Below, in pieces: positions 1 to 10,061 of a stretch of DNA of 64,000 nucleotides; the stretch's first letter is position 1; each line of letters opens with the position of its first letter. Origin of the DNA: a virus (taxonomy: Duplodnaviria > Caudoviricetes); the IMG/VR virus record IMGVR_UViG_3300031420_000495, positions 64,001-128,000 of that record; one strand, 5' to 3'. The notes below the pieces were generated by a model. The model saw nothing but the letters and a program-made list of their open reading frames with translations, was not told the origin of the DNA and did not search any database. Position numbers and translations under genes: made by a program.

Positions 1-1
1 C

Positions 2-3000
2 ATCACGCCTCTCTTCGGTCTTCAAACAATTGATGGCGTGCAACTCGTTGCAGGCGATCGCGTGCTTCTGACAAATGAAACCGCGCCAGAGAACAATGGC
101 ATCTGGGTTGCGGCTGCAAGCGGCTGGCAACGTGCTATGGGACTCCCGGCAAAATACCTGGTGACTGTGACGGCTGGCACACAACGTGGCGGAGTCTGGG
201 GTAATACCGGTACGAACACCTTTGCGCAATCCCGTTCCTGGTCGAATCTTCTGTGGTCGGACATCCAGGCAGCGCGTCCTGGTCTTCGCCTGAGCGTCAA
301 CACGGTGACGGATGAACTCCTGCCACCGTACGTCAACGCGAATGCTCAGTCTGCACAGAATGCACTGACGAACATTGTACCACAAGGAACCTCGCTTGGA
401 TACAGTTTTGGCGATATGTCGCCAATCGAAACCGTCTGGTCGCGTTCGCTGGAATACGGTTACGCACGTGCTCGAGCACTGTTCCGTTACGATCCACTAG
501 CATTCCTCGGATTCTGCTGGGGATTCAACTGGGTTGAGGTCGATGGTATCCTGTACGATGGCTTCGACATGTCGATGCCAGGACACAAACGGTTCCGACT
601 GCATGGCGACCTGATCGCTCCGGTTGCCCGTACACCTATGACCGTGACCGGCAGCGGCACGGCTGTGGTGACGTACAATGCCTACGATAAGAATCGCAAG
701 CAGAACTTCACCGTCACTCGTGATGGAAAAGTTCTTGGTTATGCGACCGTGGGAACACAGGCGGTCATCGGCGGTCTGACATTCACCATCAAGGATGAAG
801 GTCATCCGTTCCGTATTGGCGACCGTTTCGAAATTACCGATACTTCAGCCATCTTCGTTCCAACGACGACCTACAAATACCTGGGCTTCGGTCAAGTATT
901 CACCCACGCGCTTCGCGAAACCTCGATCGATACCGAATCCTCGTTCGCGGTATCTGCATTCCGTGACTGGGAAGTCAACATGGGTTATCGTGCTGGTGGC
1001 CTGGTTGCGACTGATGACCTGCAGGTTTACACCAACGAAGAAACTCTTTCGACGTCCGCGTACGATCTGTTGTTCAAGAAGAACCACATTGCCCGCAATG
1101 AATGGGTTCAAGCTCTTCGTATCAGCACCATTGACATGGGTCAAAAGGTCCAGATGGAAACCGGATTCGCACCGTTTGCACGTGGCGAAGACTGGGTGTT
1201 CCGTATCGAGGGTTACAACCCGCGTTATACCTCGATCACCTACTACGACATGGACCTAGCCGGGAACCCGATCGACTTCCATGCGCTTGGAAAAGCACAC
1301 AGCCAACGCGAATGGTATCACCCAACGCATATCAAGGGTACGGTCACAACTGATCTGCCATTGACAATCACCGGTGTCCAGAACGTTGTCAACTTCCTCT
1401 TCGGTTACTCGAAGTACCTGGAATCGCGTGGCTGGGAATTCAACCAGGATTGGGAATACAAGACTGATGCAGAGACCGGTCGCACTCGTAACTTCCAGCT
1501 GGAAATCGAGAAGTTCATCGACCGTTGCTACGCTGGTATTGAACTTGGCCAGGGTCACGTGGTCAACCCGTTCATCGACCGTGCTTGGTTTAACCAGGAT
1601 ACTGGTCTCCTGTCCGAGTTCATTGATACTTCGCTGTTCGATGTCACCGGTCACCCTGGTGTATTCGACGTTGTTGGTATGAAGTTCCACAAAGATGACC
1701 TGGACGTTGTGCGTACCAATGCACAAAGTTCTTTCGGTGCTGCGGCTCCGATGTTCTCGGCTCACATTCAGATCGATGACTTCGAGCACGTTTTCATCTT
1801 CAACAACTATTCCCAGCCTTCGACTGGTTCCGGACTCCTGTACGATCCATTCAGTGGCGCACGCGTTGTAACCTACAAGTTCAATGGTCGTAAACAAGCT
1901 ACCAACACGATGCGTCCTGAGTTTGGCGGACACTTCCTGGTCGGCAACGAGGTTCACCAGAACCTCCAGGCTTCGACGGATAACATCGCGAACCTGTACG
2001 ATGCGAACCATGCATTCGAGAATGAACTGACCACTCGTCATGCGCTGGCGCTGCTCGGCTTCAACCGCAAGGAATACTTCGATGACCTGGATATTTCTGA
2101 ACGCACCCAGTTCAACTTCTGGCGCGGTCTCATCCAGGCAAAGGGCACAAACCTTTCCATCGATGCGTACCTGAACAACAATCGTTTCGACGATGCGAAG
2201 ATCGACGAATACTGGGCTTACAAGCTGGCAGAGTACGGTGACGCGCGTCCTCGTGTTTACCCGGAACTGAAACTGTCTGTCAATGATGCGCTGACGCAAT
2301 TCACGCGCCTCCAGTTCGATGCGAAAGTTCCTGAGCCAGACTTTACCCAGGTCGATGTCTTCGACGAGGAACGTTGGTTCAGTATCGATGACATGAACCA
2401 GGCTGTGCACTTTGAGGCAGCAGATGCTGGTACATTCACCATCGATGCGGAAGTCGGCAAGGTCTACAAACTTCCGTTCGTGGCAGATGAACTGGTACCG
2501 GGACAGTTTACCAAGATCAATGCAACCACCATCAAGTCGACGACCGACGGGGTCCTGACTGTTCTTGGCAAGGGTCCTGCACGTCCTCGCTTCAACCCGG
2601 TGAAACTGTTCAACTATGTTGACAATGAACTGGTGGCAGAAATCCCTGTGTGGCATCCTGCCGCAGGCATCCACACGCCTGGTGCAATGGAAGGCATCAA
2701 CATCATTTCCGACCTGAACCCTGCGAAGTACAACTACTCGAAGCAGGTTGTGAACAACAACACCTACGATCCACTCCGTGCCTGGGGTAAGAACGAGGTT
2801 GGTCGCGTCTGGTTCGATACCCGTAACCTCGCTTACGTTCCTTACTACGATGCAACTATCTTCCCGAACCTGGACGAACGCCTGTCCCGTTGGGGTACGC
2901 TGGCTGACTATGCAACCGTCGATGTGTATGAGTGGACACAATCCAGTGTTCCGCCAAGCGAGTTCGATGCGCTGGCTCAGAAGCAAGCAGGTGATGCTGC

Positions 3001-5278
3001 GCTCGATCCTCAGACGAAAGCGGCAGGACAAGTTGCGCAGAAGCAAACGTATTCGCGTGAACGTCGTTGGGGAGTTCGCCCGATTGCTTGGTCATATTCC
3101 TCAGTTCCAACCGATGTCGACTGGGAAGCTACGCCACCAATGGCGGGCGGTTCGACCAATGCGAACCTGACACTTGCCAGCGGTCTTGCTATCCTGGATC
3201 GCGGTACATTTGCAGGTTACGGCATCACGGCTGGTATGCACCTCGGTGCGTGGAACAATGATCCGGCAAATCCGAAACCGCTGAGCGAATACCTGATCGA
3301 GGATCGTTTCTTGAAACTCATCATGGGCGAAAACGGCGGACAGTTCTCTCAGGCTAATGTCAACGACTACACCATAACGATCGATCTGCTGGCGCATACA
3401 GAATATGCCGGACAGTTTGATTTCTCGGCTGTGACCGTCCTGACCGAAGGAGAACTTCCAACGATCACGATGACGCACATCGATACCGACACTGCGGACA
3501 CCGAGCTGGTGACTGCGGACGACATCAACTTCGATGCTGGTCAATACACGATCATGTTCCCGGCATTCGGCATCCGTGTCAATGTTGCATCGAAGGGTAT
3601 TCGTCCATCGACAGACATGCTGGCAGCGATTGTCCAGGGTCTGGCAGATCACATCACGCTGCTCGATGCAGCGACTGTGACTCCTATTGTACCATCAGCT
3701 GACGTCGATTTGTCGAATGATGTTGTGCTGCAAACGAAGATTGCTGGTAAGACTGGTGCAACGTTCACTGCTACCTCGACGATTGTCCCGGGAACTATCA
3801 CGGTGTTTGTTGATGACAAAGTCACAACTGCGTATACCATCAACGGGAATACGTTGACCGTGCCGGCTCCAGTCAATGCCAAGGTCGATTTCGTGGTTCA
3901 CCAAGACCTGGAAGAGACACAGAATTCTCGTTACGGCTGGAGGGTTTGGAATGTTCCGACCCAGGCTGAACTGAACCGCGATGCGGAACCTCCGTTCTCG
4001 TCCTGGAAACCGTACGTTGGTGACTTCACCGAGCCGACAACCGTGGGCCTTGCAATGATCCAGGAAGCAGTTGAGTATGCGAAAGCACCGTTGACTCTTC
4101 GTAATGGCGAAGTCATCGAGCGATTCCAGACGACCTGGACCGAGTGGTCTGTCCTGCAAAACGTTGTTCTTTCTGCAACAGCAGAGGTAACGGGTCCTGT
4201 CACATTCACACACGATGTGGCAATGGAACCATCGCGCGTCTCGGTGTACGTCAACGGTATTGCCCAGCTGAAAGCTGCGTTCACCATCAATGGCAAAGTC
4301 CTGACCGTGAACAGCGTTCCAGCTGGTTCAGAAGCGACCGTAATCATTCGTAAATATGAGCCGACGATCAAAGAGCTCGCATTCGATCCTGACGTTGCAG
4401 AAGACCTCACGTTCCAGAAACAATACCAGCAAGACTACGAATACGTGGCAGTCCCTGTCCGCGACCGTGAAGGCGCGCTGACAACGACCCTGTATTACTT
4501 CTGGGTCAAGAACAAGACGACGCCTGCAGTTGGCAAGAAGCAATCTGTGCAAGCAATTGCACAAGAACTCCGTGAGGGTCCAGAGAACTTCCTGACATTC
4601 CAGAACATTTCTGATTCGGCTCCGTACTTCTACGATGCCATCACTATCTCTGGCCTGTCGTACATCGTGACGAAGGACAACACGTTCAAGCTGCGTTTCA
4701 CCAGGAACTTCACGCTCCGTGATGATCCGGAAGAGCTGAACCTGAAGAATGTTCACACTGAATGGGCGCTGATGCGCTTCGGCCAGAAGAGCAGGATTCC
4801 GGAAACGCTGTGGAACAAGCTGGTGGATTCTGTTGTTGGTATCGATCAGGCAGGCAACACTGTGCCTGCGATCCGCCGTGTTCTCTACGATGAACGCAAT
4901 GGAACCCGCACACAGTTCGGCTTCGGACCAGAACAAACGTTGGCGCCATCGGAATTGCTCAAATCGTCAATTGCCCATACTATCTTAAATACCAGGCTGA
5001 TCAACGAAAGCTCACCAACAGGCGCACCAGATTACATCACGTTCCTCGACCTCGATGAAAGTGACAAGTGGTTCGAGGATGCTGTGGCATCGCGTAAGAC
5101 CATGACGGACATCTGGAACCAGGCATCAGTGGCACAGGTGAATGAGATTTTCTTCGCCGCGCTTGATGACATATTGGCAAGCAACTACGAATTGTCTGAT
5201 ATTTTTAAGACATCTCGTATTTCCGCATATAGTATTAAGGTAGTAACCGGTTCACCGATTGCACCTACATTTGAATGA
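2..5278 (+). CDS. Giant virion structural protein, probable baseplate wedge/hub component (5'-truncated by window edge)
   Basis: Frame is open from nt 2 (ITPLFGLQTIDGVQLVAGDRVLLTNET..ENNGIW, a phage fibre/structural motif), so the track start at 38 is internal. Motifs FWRGLIQAKGT..IDEYWAYKLAEYG and YYFWVKNKT are recalled from giant jumbo-phage structural proteins. Heads a late structural cluster. Confidence 0.6.
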   Translation: MTPLFGLQTIDGVQLVAGDRVLLTNETAPENNGIWVAAASGWQRAMGLPAKYLVTVTAGTQRGGVWGNTGTNTFAQSRSWSNLLWSDIQAARPGLRLSVNTVTDELLPPYVNANAQSAQNALTNIVPQGTSLGYSFGDMSPIETVWSRSLEYGYARARALFRYDPLAFLGFCWGFNWVEVDGILYDGFDMSMPGHKRFRLHGDLIAPVARTPMTVTGSGTAVVTYNAYDKNRKQNFTVTRDGKVLGYATVGTQAVIGGLTFTIKDEGHPFRIGDRFEITDTSAIFVPTTTYKYLGFGQVFTHALRETSIDTESSFAVSAFRDWEVNMGYRAGGLVATDDLQVYTNEETLSTSAYDLLFKKNHIARNEWVQALRISTIDMGQKVQMETGFAPFARGEDWVFRIEGYNPRYTSITYYDMDLAGNPIDFHALGKAHSQREWYHPTHIKGTVTTDLPLTITGVQNVVNFLFGYSKYLESRGWEFNQDWEYKTDAETGRTRNFQLEIEKFIDRCYAGIELGQGHVVNPFIDRAWFNQDTGLLSEFIDTSLFDVTGHPGVFDVVGMKFHKDDLDVVRTNAQSSFGAAAPMFSAHIQIDDFEHVFIFNNYSQPSTGSGLLYDPFSGARVVTYKFNGRKQATNTMRPEFGGHFLVGNEVHQNLQASTDNIANLYDANHAFENELTTRHALALLGFNRKEYFDDLDISERTQFNFWRGLIQAKGTNLSIDAYLNNNRFDDAKIDEYWAYKLAEYGDARPRVYPELKLSVNDALTQFTRLQFDAKVPEPDFTQVDVFDEERWFSIDDMNQAVHFEAADAGTFTIDAEVGKVYKLPFVADELVPGQFTKINATTIKSTTDGVLTVLGKGPARPRFNPVKLFNYVDNELVAEIPVWHPAAGIHTPGAMEGINIISDLNPAKYNYSKQVVNNNTYDPLRAWGKNEVGRVWFDTRNLAYVPYYDATIFPNLDERLSRWGTLADYATVDVYEWTQSSVPPSEFDALAQKQAGDAALDPQTKAAGQVAQKQTYSRERRWGVRPIAWSYSSVPTDVDWEATPPMAGGSTNANLTLASGLAILDRGTFAGYGITAGMHLGAWNNDPANPKPLSEYLIEDRFLKLIMGENGGQFSQANVNDYTITIDLLAHTEYAGQFDFSAVTVLTEGELPTITMTHIDTDTADTELVTADDINFDAGQYTIMFPAFGIRVNVASKGIRPSTDMLAAIVQGLADHITLLDAATVTPIVPSADVDLSNDVVLQTKIAGKTGATFTATSTIVPGTITVFVDDKVTTAYTINGNTLTVPAPVNAKVDFVVHQDLEETQNSRYGWRVWNVPTQAELNRDAEPPFSSWKPYVGDFTEPTTVGLAMIQEAVEYAKAPLTLRNGEVIERFQTTWTEWSVLQNVVLSATAEVTGPVTFTHDVAMEPSRVSVYVNGIAQLKAAFTINGKVLTVNSVPAGSEATVIIRKYEPTIKELAFDPDVAEDLTFQKQYQQDYEYVAVPVRDREGALTTTLYYFWVKNKTTPAVGKKQSVQAIAQELREGPENFLTFQNISDSAPYFYDAITISGLSYIVTKDNTFKLRFTRNFTLRDDPEELNLKNVHTEWALMRFGQKSRIPETLWNKLVDSVVGIDQAGNTVPAIRRVLYDERNGTRTQFGFGPEQTLAPSELLKSSIAHTILNTRLINESSPTGAPDYITFLDLDESDKWFEDAVASRKTMTDIWNQASVAQVNEIFFAALDDILASNYELSDIFKTSRISAYSIKVVTGSPIAPTFE

Positions 5279-5284
5279 TAAAAG

Positions 5285-8200
5285 ATGGCAAATAAGAACG
5301 CGCTGAACAAGAATAGCCTGTACGTTCAGAGTCTCGTGGATTTCATTCTCGATACGAAGCCGTATCACGTGAAGCTGACGGAGATTGTCGAAGAGTACCG
5401 ATTCTTCGACGATGTCAAGGTCAAGATTGACGAACGCTTCTCGTCGAAGATGAAGATCGATTCGACCTGGATGTACAACTATTTCTCTTCAGCAAATCCA
5501 ATGTTCAGGACGATGCCGGCTCACGCGCTGACATCTCCGACATTCCGTGCTGAAACCCGTATCGTTGGCAAGGACGAGAACACTGACCTGGCATTGGTGC
5601 CATACGTCTATTCGAAGAAAGCATTCGACGGTGTTGGTGTCAATGCTGTGTACGTGCGTCACAAGGATTTCACCGAAGCCCTGACAGAATCGGCGGACTA
5701 TTTCCAGAGTCACGGGTCATTCCAATTTCAGATCAAGCAAACGAAGAACGCGAATGGCGACCTCGATCCGCTCTGGTCCTCGACGCCCGATGATGACCTG
5801 ATTACGGAAGCCCGTCGCACGACCCGTGCCAACGCGCTGGACCGTAACAACCCGAACAGCGCGATCAACCGCATCTCAGGTTTCTTGCTGGAAATCAATG
5901 CAGCTGTCAAGTCGATTGGCGGACACGCTGACGTTCAACGAGAACTGAATGATCTTTTCGCCATCGTGAACAACAACGATCTGCCGCAGAGCTATGAAGC
6001 ACTGCTGGCTTGGTTGGCGATTCCGAATGACCGTGGTATCCTGGTTCCGCTCGATGCACCAAAGGATCGTGAATACTACGAGCAACGTTTTTCACACTAC
6101 AGTTCGCCATTGTTCTTCGGCATGTTCACCGACCTCGGTGTCCGTGAAAGCGGCCGGATCGAGTATGCGAACGGGCAAAGTGCTGGCATCCGTGTCACGA
6201 ACCTGAAAGTTACCACCGGTAAAGAAATCGAAGAGTGGACATTCGTTGGCACAGACATTCCTGGTTTGTACCGGGTCAATGGATCATCGAGCGGATTCAT
6301 CGGGTTCGTTTCGCCTGGCGATTCGTTTGATAACGGACGCGTCTCATTCAACACTTCGCCGGTTGGTGACTTTGTCCCAGGCGACACGTTGTCGATCACA
6401 CCGACTCGCAAGATCGTTATTGGCGCTGATGCACCACTGGAAACCTGGAACATCATCAAGGTCAATCCGATCGCACACGATCGTCCACAGTTTACCTCGG
6501 CTCGCTTTGGCCACATCGAAGATTTGTCCGGAAACATCGGAGGCGTATCGCTTCTCGACCCGACACTTCCAACTGGCGACATCGTTCTGACGTCGCGTGG
6601 CGATGGTATCTTCTTCGACCTGGTAAGCCTGGTCGATCCAACATACACATCAGTTGTCACCGTTGGCGAGAAGTTCAATGACGGACGTCTTGGATTCACC
6701 ATTGTCAAAGGACCAACAGATTTTCCGAAGGGCGATCGCTTCTACATTTCCATCGAGAACAATCCAGCTCGTGCAGAGAATCTGGAACTCGGCTTTGGAT
6801 ATGACTTGGACCCGTACGACGATGACACGATCACGAAGTATCCGGACGGAACGAATGTCGGATTCTACTACGACGGTCGCTTCACGGATTACGATCTTAC
6901 CTCGCTGAACCTGAAAATTGCAGAGAACGCTGTGAACGGGCGCAAGTGGCGTCTCCGCGCTCTGCCGGATTACACCCGCCCTATTTCAACGGTCCCTGGT
7001 CTACCAACCCCGGCGGAGGACCTGCGCATTTACTACGCGGCATCTTTCGCTTTGGAATGGTCCGATGACCTGACAAGTTGGAAACCAGCCGAAAAAGATT
7101 TGACCATATCTATTGGGTCATCGTATTCGTCAAGTGTTCATGGCATCAGCTTCACAATTGCAGAAGCATCGCGTCCATTCGTAGCAGTCAATGCACCGGA
7201 CGGTTCTGGTGGACCCCGCATCGAAGGTGGTGACATCTTCAGTTTCGAAGTCGTCAACCCAGCTCCTCGCCTGGTTGAAAGCCCTGTTGGTCTTTCCTCG
7301 ATTCATACGCCTCGCCTGATTATGCACAGCGATTCGTTCTTCGATGTCAAAGAAGCAACATGGACTGTTGCATTCACCGATGCCAATACGTACACTGTGA
7401 CCGGTGTCAATGGCGACACGACCTATGGACCGATCACCGGGAAGATTGCGACAGCTGGACAAGATACGCGAGAAGGTCTCAGCTTCAAGGACCTTGGTTT
7501 GCACTTCACCATCGTACCGACTGGCGGACTTGGTGCTGGCGACAAGTTTGTCTTCCACACATTCGACGAGAAGCCTTCGTATCTGGTGCACGGTTCCGTA
7601 ACAGGATTCACTGAGCCAGCTACTGTTGGAAAGTATTACTGGAATGGCAAGATCGGTTTCAAGATTCGTGCTCCGTACATCACGACCTACGTTGGTGGCC
7701 AGGAAGTTCGCGTTGCATACGGTCAATACAAAGTTCGTGAGGATTGTCCATCGCTCATTTACCGGTTCGTGAAGAACGCAACCGGATACCAGATCACGCG
7801 TTCTGATACTGGAGAAAGCGGATTCGGTTCTGCGACGGTTCCGTACCAGGACAAATACCTGACGATCGATCTGGCCGGCGTCACCGTGCCTGAGTTCCTG
7901 CTGACAGTCGATGCACACGACTATCCACTGTGGAACACGGCCGACGTTGTCATCATCAACCCGAAACTCCGTTCGCGACTCCCTGCGAATGGTGAAGCTG
8001 TCGTCATCGAGAAGACGGAAGAGGGTCGATTCAGCCTGAACCTGGTTCCAGGCACCGCAAATGTTTCGGCTCTGAATCCTGTTACGATTGACCAACGTTT
8101 CATTGATACAAATACGCGCGGTGAGAAACGTGTTCCGCTGGCGCAAACCAGCCCAGAGACCGCTGTGCTCCAGGGTTGGGTGCCACTCACCACGACCAGG

Positions 8201-9355
8201 ATGGACAGCACAACTTCAGTTGCTGAGTTCTCGGATTCGGCGACGAGTTTTGTATTCAAGGCATCATCCAACAATCAAACTGTCGGCACACTGAAGAACA
8301 ATGTCTTCGAGTGGGACCCTACGTTCTACGGCCAATATCTCCCGCTGAACGCGGAAGCGAACCTGATGATTCAGGGAACTGGCTGGAACGATCGCGTCTC
8401 GGCCCGCATCACAGAGTCGATCAAGTTCCTGCTCGGTGGGGGACCGCTGACAGAAGACTGGATGTTCCATGACGACATTCACGTGACGATCGACGAATAC
8501 AACAAGATCGACACGAAGCTGCTGTTCACGAAAGAATACTACGACAAAGCGAAGATCATCACCCGCGATTCGAAAGGTCGACCACTGACACTCGGTGGCA
8601 TGTCGCCAACTACAAGCGATGGTGACTCGATCAACGTCAATATCGAGGACGGTCCGTTCGGTGGATTTCTGACGGGTTACGACAACGTGCCTTACGATAC
8701 CGAGGGCTATGATACCAGTCAGCCGCCTGATCTTCAGTCGATGTTGTCAAAATACAGCATGACAGATGTTGAACGTGCAGACATCATTGGACAGTGGAAC
8801 AACTATCTTGAATCGCCTACGATTCCAACGACCGAGGCACAGTGGGCTTTCCTCCGTGCAGCTATTGCCGGTGACCCGAATCCTGGATTTGTAACAAACG
8901 ATTTCGGTTTCCCGAACGTTGGTATGGGTATGGACATCGTGACCAACCCAGAAAATGCTGCGTCGGCAAGTATCGTTGAAGCCATGACCGTGCGGGCTGT
9001 TGGCAAAGGCAATGCGTTGGAAGTGAACAACTTCGACATCGGACTTCTGGATCAACTCGACGAAAACACCGTCATCATGTATTCTGGCTCGATGCCGCCA
9101 TTGCCGACAACGATTCCTGCTGGAACTACGTATGACAATCTGGAAACACCTTTGGTTGTCGACGAACCTGCACTAGTATTTGAAATCTCGTTCAATGCAC
9201 CGGCTTCTGTCCTGGCAACATTCTCGCCGAAGTTCTCGATCTGGTTCCCAGGCGCGACGAGTGCTGTCCAGGTCGCGGTTGTTGAGCTTGTGAAACCTGG
9301 CGTTTATCGATTCAGTCTCGCTCGTCCGTCGAAACTGAAGATTACTGTAGGTTGA
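5285..9355 (+). CDS. Large virion structural protein (1356 aa), probable baseplate/tail component
   Basis: Long ORF 6 nt after the previous stop. Repeated beta-rich units (F..GD.F.I/V). N-terminal KPYHVK motif recalled from the same giant structural family. Confidence 0.55.
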   Translation: MANKNALNKNSLYVQSLVDFILDTKPYHVKLTEIVEEYRFFDDVKVKIDERFSSKMKIDSTWMYNYFSSANPMFRTMPAHALTSPTFRAETRIVGKDENTDLALVPYVYSKKAFDGVGVNAVYVRHKDFTEALTESADYFQSHGSFQFQIKQTKNANGDLDPLWSSTPDDDLITEARRTTRANALDRNNPNSAINRISGFLLEINAAVKSIGGHADVQRELNDLFAIVNNNDLPQSYEALLAWLAIPNDRGILVPLDAPKDREYYEQRFSHYSSPLFFGMFTDLGVRESGRIEYANGQSAGIRVTNLKVTTGKEIEEWTFVGTDIPGLYRVNGSSSGFIGFVSPGDSFDNGRVSFNTSPVGDFVPGDTLSITPTRKIVIGADAPLETWNIIKVNPIAHDRPQFTSARFGHIEDLSGNIGGVSLLDPTLPTGDIVLTSRGDGIFFDLVSLVDPTYTSVVTVGEKFNDGRLGFTIVKGPTDFPKGDRFYISIENNPARAENLELGFGYDLDPYDDDTITKYPDGTNVGFYYDGRFTDYDLTSLNLKIAENAVNGRKWRLRALPDYTRPISTVPGLPTPAEDLRIYYAASFALEWSDDLTSWKPAEKDLTISIGSSYSSSVHGISFTIAEASRPFVAVNAPDGSGGPRIEGGDIFSFEVVNPAPRLVESPVGLSSIHTPRLIMHSDSFFDVKEATWTVAFTDANTYTVTGVNGDTTYGPITGKIATAGQDTREGLSFKDLGLHFTIVPTGGLGAGDKFVFHTFDEKPSYLVHGSVTGFTEPATVGKYYWNGKIGFKIRAPYITTYVGGQEVRVAYGQYKVREDCPSLIYRFVKNATGYQITRSDTGESGFGSATVPYQDKYLTIDLAGVTVPEFLLTVDAHDYPLWNTADVVIINPKLRSRLPANGEAVVIEKTEEGRFSLNLVPGTANVSALNPVTIDQRFIDTNTRGEKRVPLAQTSPETAVLQGWVPLTTTRMDSTTSVAEFSDSATSFVFKASSNNQTVGTLKNNVFEWDPTFYGQYLPLNAEANLMIQGTGWNDRVSARITESIKFLLGGGPLTEDWMFHDDIHVTIDEYNKIDTKLLFTKEYYDKAKIITRDSKGRPLTLGGMSPTTSDGDSINVNIEDGPFGGFLTGYDNVPYDTEGYDTSQPPDLQSMLSKYSMTDVERADIIGQWNNYLESPTIPTTEAQWAFLRAAIAGDPNPGFVTNDFGFPNVGMGMDIVTNPENAASASIVEAMTVRAVGKGNALEVNNFDIGLLDQLDENTVIMYSGSMPPLPTTIPAGTTYDNLETPLVVDEPALVFEISFNAPASVLATFSPKFSIWFPGATSAVQVAVVELVKPGVYRFSLARPSKLKITVG

Positions 9356-9402
9356 GGATTACGATAAATAGTCCGAAACAACTCCATACAACAAGGAATA
9401 AA

Positions 9403-10035
9403 ATGCAAGAAGCACTTAAGACTACAGTTACTGGACACGTCCTTATCAAAGATGACCTCGGTAATGTGCTTGTTGATAAGCAAAACGCGATCCACCCGAA
9501 GAACATGGCGACCGCCATTGCTCGCGGGTTGTCGAATACTGTCAACTACCAAATCTACAAACTGAAGCTCGGCAACCAGGGTACGTACATTGACAGCTCC
9601 CAGCAGATCGTGTTTCGTCCGCCAAACGTTTCTGGCGACACTGCTGACCTGTACAACCCAACGTATGTTGAAGTTGTTGACGATAGCGACGCATCTGTTG
9701 GCGGCGGTAACTCCGTCACGTTCACGAACATTCCTGCCTCGACACAAACCCGCGTGATTATCACCGCGGTTGTCTCGGCAAATGAAGCTGTGAATCGTCC
9801 AACCGACGAAGCAGATTCAGCTACGCCTACAGCTGATCCAACAACTGACGCAAGTTTGAATCCTGACAGCCAATTCTTCTTCGATGAACTCGGCCTGTTC
9901 ACGAAAGAAACTTCTGGCGTGATGCTTGATGGCGCTGGTGAACTGATGTTGTCTCACCTTATTTTCTCCCCGATTGAGCACACTGGTTCCCGCGAGCTGA
10001 CGATTGTTTACTCACTGACAATCTCTGTAAGCTGA
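9403..10035 (+). CDS. Virion structural protein, tail-collar/baseplate-like
   Basis: ATG 9403 follows AAGGA RBS and ATAAATA late promoter. C-terminal FFFDELGLF...LSHLIFSPIEH...LTIVYSLTI pattern typical of collar-like phage proteins. Confidence 0.5.
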   Translation: MQEALKTTVTGHVLIKDDLGNVLVDKQNAIHPKNMATAIARGLSNTVNYQIYKLKLGNQGTYIDSSQQIVFRPPNVSGDTADLYNPTYVEVVDDSDASVGGGNSVTFTNIPASTQTRVIITAVVSANEAVNRPTDEADSATPTADPTTDASLNPDSQFFFDELGLFTKETSGVMLDGAGELMLSHLIFSPIEHTGSRELTIVYSLTISVS

Positions 10036-10061
10036 TTGTTGTCATTTGTTGAAGGGCAACA

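Noticed and set aside
1256-3046. 596-aa antisense ORF (and similar ones at 7130..8146, 13323..14168, 24511..25188, 35174..35956, 56465..58060)
   Set aside because: They lie exactly opposite well-supported genes, have no RBS or domain motifs, and are the expected shadow of biased codon usage.
5276-5287. Stop-codon readthrough or recoding joining the two giant ORFs
   Set aside because: Two consecutive different stops (TGA TAA), and all other genes read normally in code 11.
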